Below are positions 63,190-64,000 of a DNA stretch of 64,000 nt, piece by piece. The notes beneath the pieces are model-generated. The model was not told where the DNA came from. It did not search any database and saw only the letters and a list, made by a program, of their open reading frames with translations. Source of the stretch: an uncultured Prochlorococcus sp. (GTDB taxonomy: Bacteria; Cyanobacteriota; Cyanobacteriia; PCC-6307; Cyanobiaceae); assembly GCA_902634795.1 (NCBI GenBank), contig CACPLK010000001.1, positions 28,058 through 92,057 of the forward strand. Direction: 5' to 3'. Position numbers and translations under genes: made by a program. Within the stretch, counting starts at the first letter, position 1; the number at the start of each line of letters is the position of its first letter.

Positions 63190-64000
63190 TTAACATTTGA
63201 ATTTAGATAGAGCACTATCAACTGCAATTTGCTGATCTCTTCTTGTTATCCAATGATGATAGGTTTTTGTATGTATTGACACTGAGTGCCCCATCATTTT
63301 TGCAGCTACAGTATTTGGTAGGCCTATTAAGATTGTCCTAACTGCCCATGCATGTCTCAAATCATAAGGGGTAAAAGATAATTTATATCTTCTAAATTGT
63401 TCAGATACTCTTCTTCCGATATGTTGAAGAGTTGTCTCTTTTAGATTTGTTTTAATATCTGGGAGTAAATCTGAAGTATCAGTTATGTTGTCTAACTCAA
63501 ATAAACCAATCCATTCAGGATGAAATGGCCAAACTTGATGTTCTCCTGTTTTTGTATTTGGGAAAACCCGAAGTATTTTATCCCCGCTTTTTTTTAAACA
63601 GGATAAGTCACTAAAAAAGACTTCATGATTTCTAAGTCCGTAGGTTGCCATTAACGCAAAGACAAATCTCCATTTTGGATTTGCTATTAATTGAAAGCTT
63701 TTAATAATTTTTTCATCACTAGGTAACTCTCTGAAATTAGATTCGTGTATTCCATAACCACTTTGAAGTTGTTTCCAGTTCTTAGGAAGCTCTAATTTAA
63801 GGTATCTAGCTAAAGCACTTAAAGCAATTCCACATTGTTGTCTGCTTCTTGAATTTTCTTTGTAACTTAAAAGGATTTTCACTAGAAGCTCTTCGTTTAA
63901 TTTAAGAGTAGATTTATGACTTACTCCAATTAATCTGTTCAAATATGGTTTGTAAGCAGACTGCCAAGTGCTGATCATTCCTGCTGTTGATTTGCTCCTG
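63190..64000 (-). CDS. Tyrosine recombinase, cyanobacterial XisA/XisC-like type (5' end outside window)
   Basis: YGLRNHE (R), TKTG (K), YDLRH, MGHS, HTKTY (Y); frame open to window end. Confidence 0.88.
   Translation of the reverse strand, partial: RSKSTAGMISTWQSAYKPYLNRLIGVSHKSTLKLNEELLVKILLSYKENSRSRQQCGIALSALARYLKLELPKNWKQLQSGYGIHESNFRELPSDEKIIKSFQLIANPKWRFVFALMATYGLRNHEVFFSDLSCLKKSGDKILRVFPNTKTGEHQVWPFHPEWIGLFELDNITDTSDLLPDIKTNLKETTLQHIGRRVSEQFRRYKLSFTPYDLRHAWAVRTILIGLPNTVAAKMMGHSVSIHTKTYHHWITRRDQQIAVDSALSKFKC

Overview
AT-rich, gene-dense chromosome segment of a marine picocyanobacterium, inferred to be Prochlorococcus (probably a low-light NATL-like lineage) from psaF/psaJ, petCA, psb27, hli, the hyperconserved protein Hcp and the streamlined gene packing. 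Nearly all of it is core genome: photosynthesis (petC, petA, psaF, psaJ, psb27, hli), tetrapyrrole/cobalamin (hemL, hemC, cobM, cobK, cobO), translation (gltX, proS, rplS, frr, map, tsaD, rqcH-like, tRNA-Asp, tRNA-Trp), transcription/replication/repair (rpoD, priA, ssb, xthA), nucleotide metabolism (gmk, purA, pyrH) and envelope (lgt, tatC, lepB, ftsI). I found no CRISPR array, IS element, prophage or clear genomic island, and no multi-gene novel system I can demonstrate. The best leads are inferences: a DUF1643 protein with uracil-DNA-glycosylase-like motifs, a candidate divergent FtsL upstream of ftsI, a metal-handling neighbourhood (His-less LarC, orphan FutB-type permease, COG0523 GTPase with a perfect-repeat His tract), an XisA/XisC-type (R-Y-R-Y) tyrosine recombinase at the right edge, two probable pseudoenzymes, and hairpins at matching positions in front of both tRNAs of the rplS-trnW-hcp-trnD-gltX unit. 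Family assignments come from motif recognition, not database searches.
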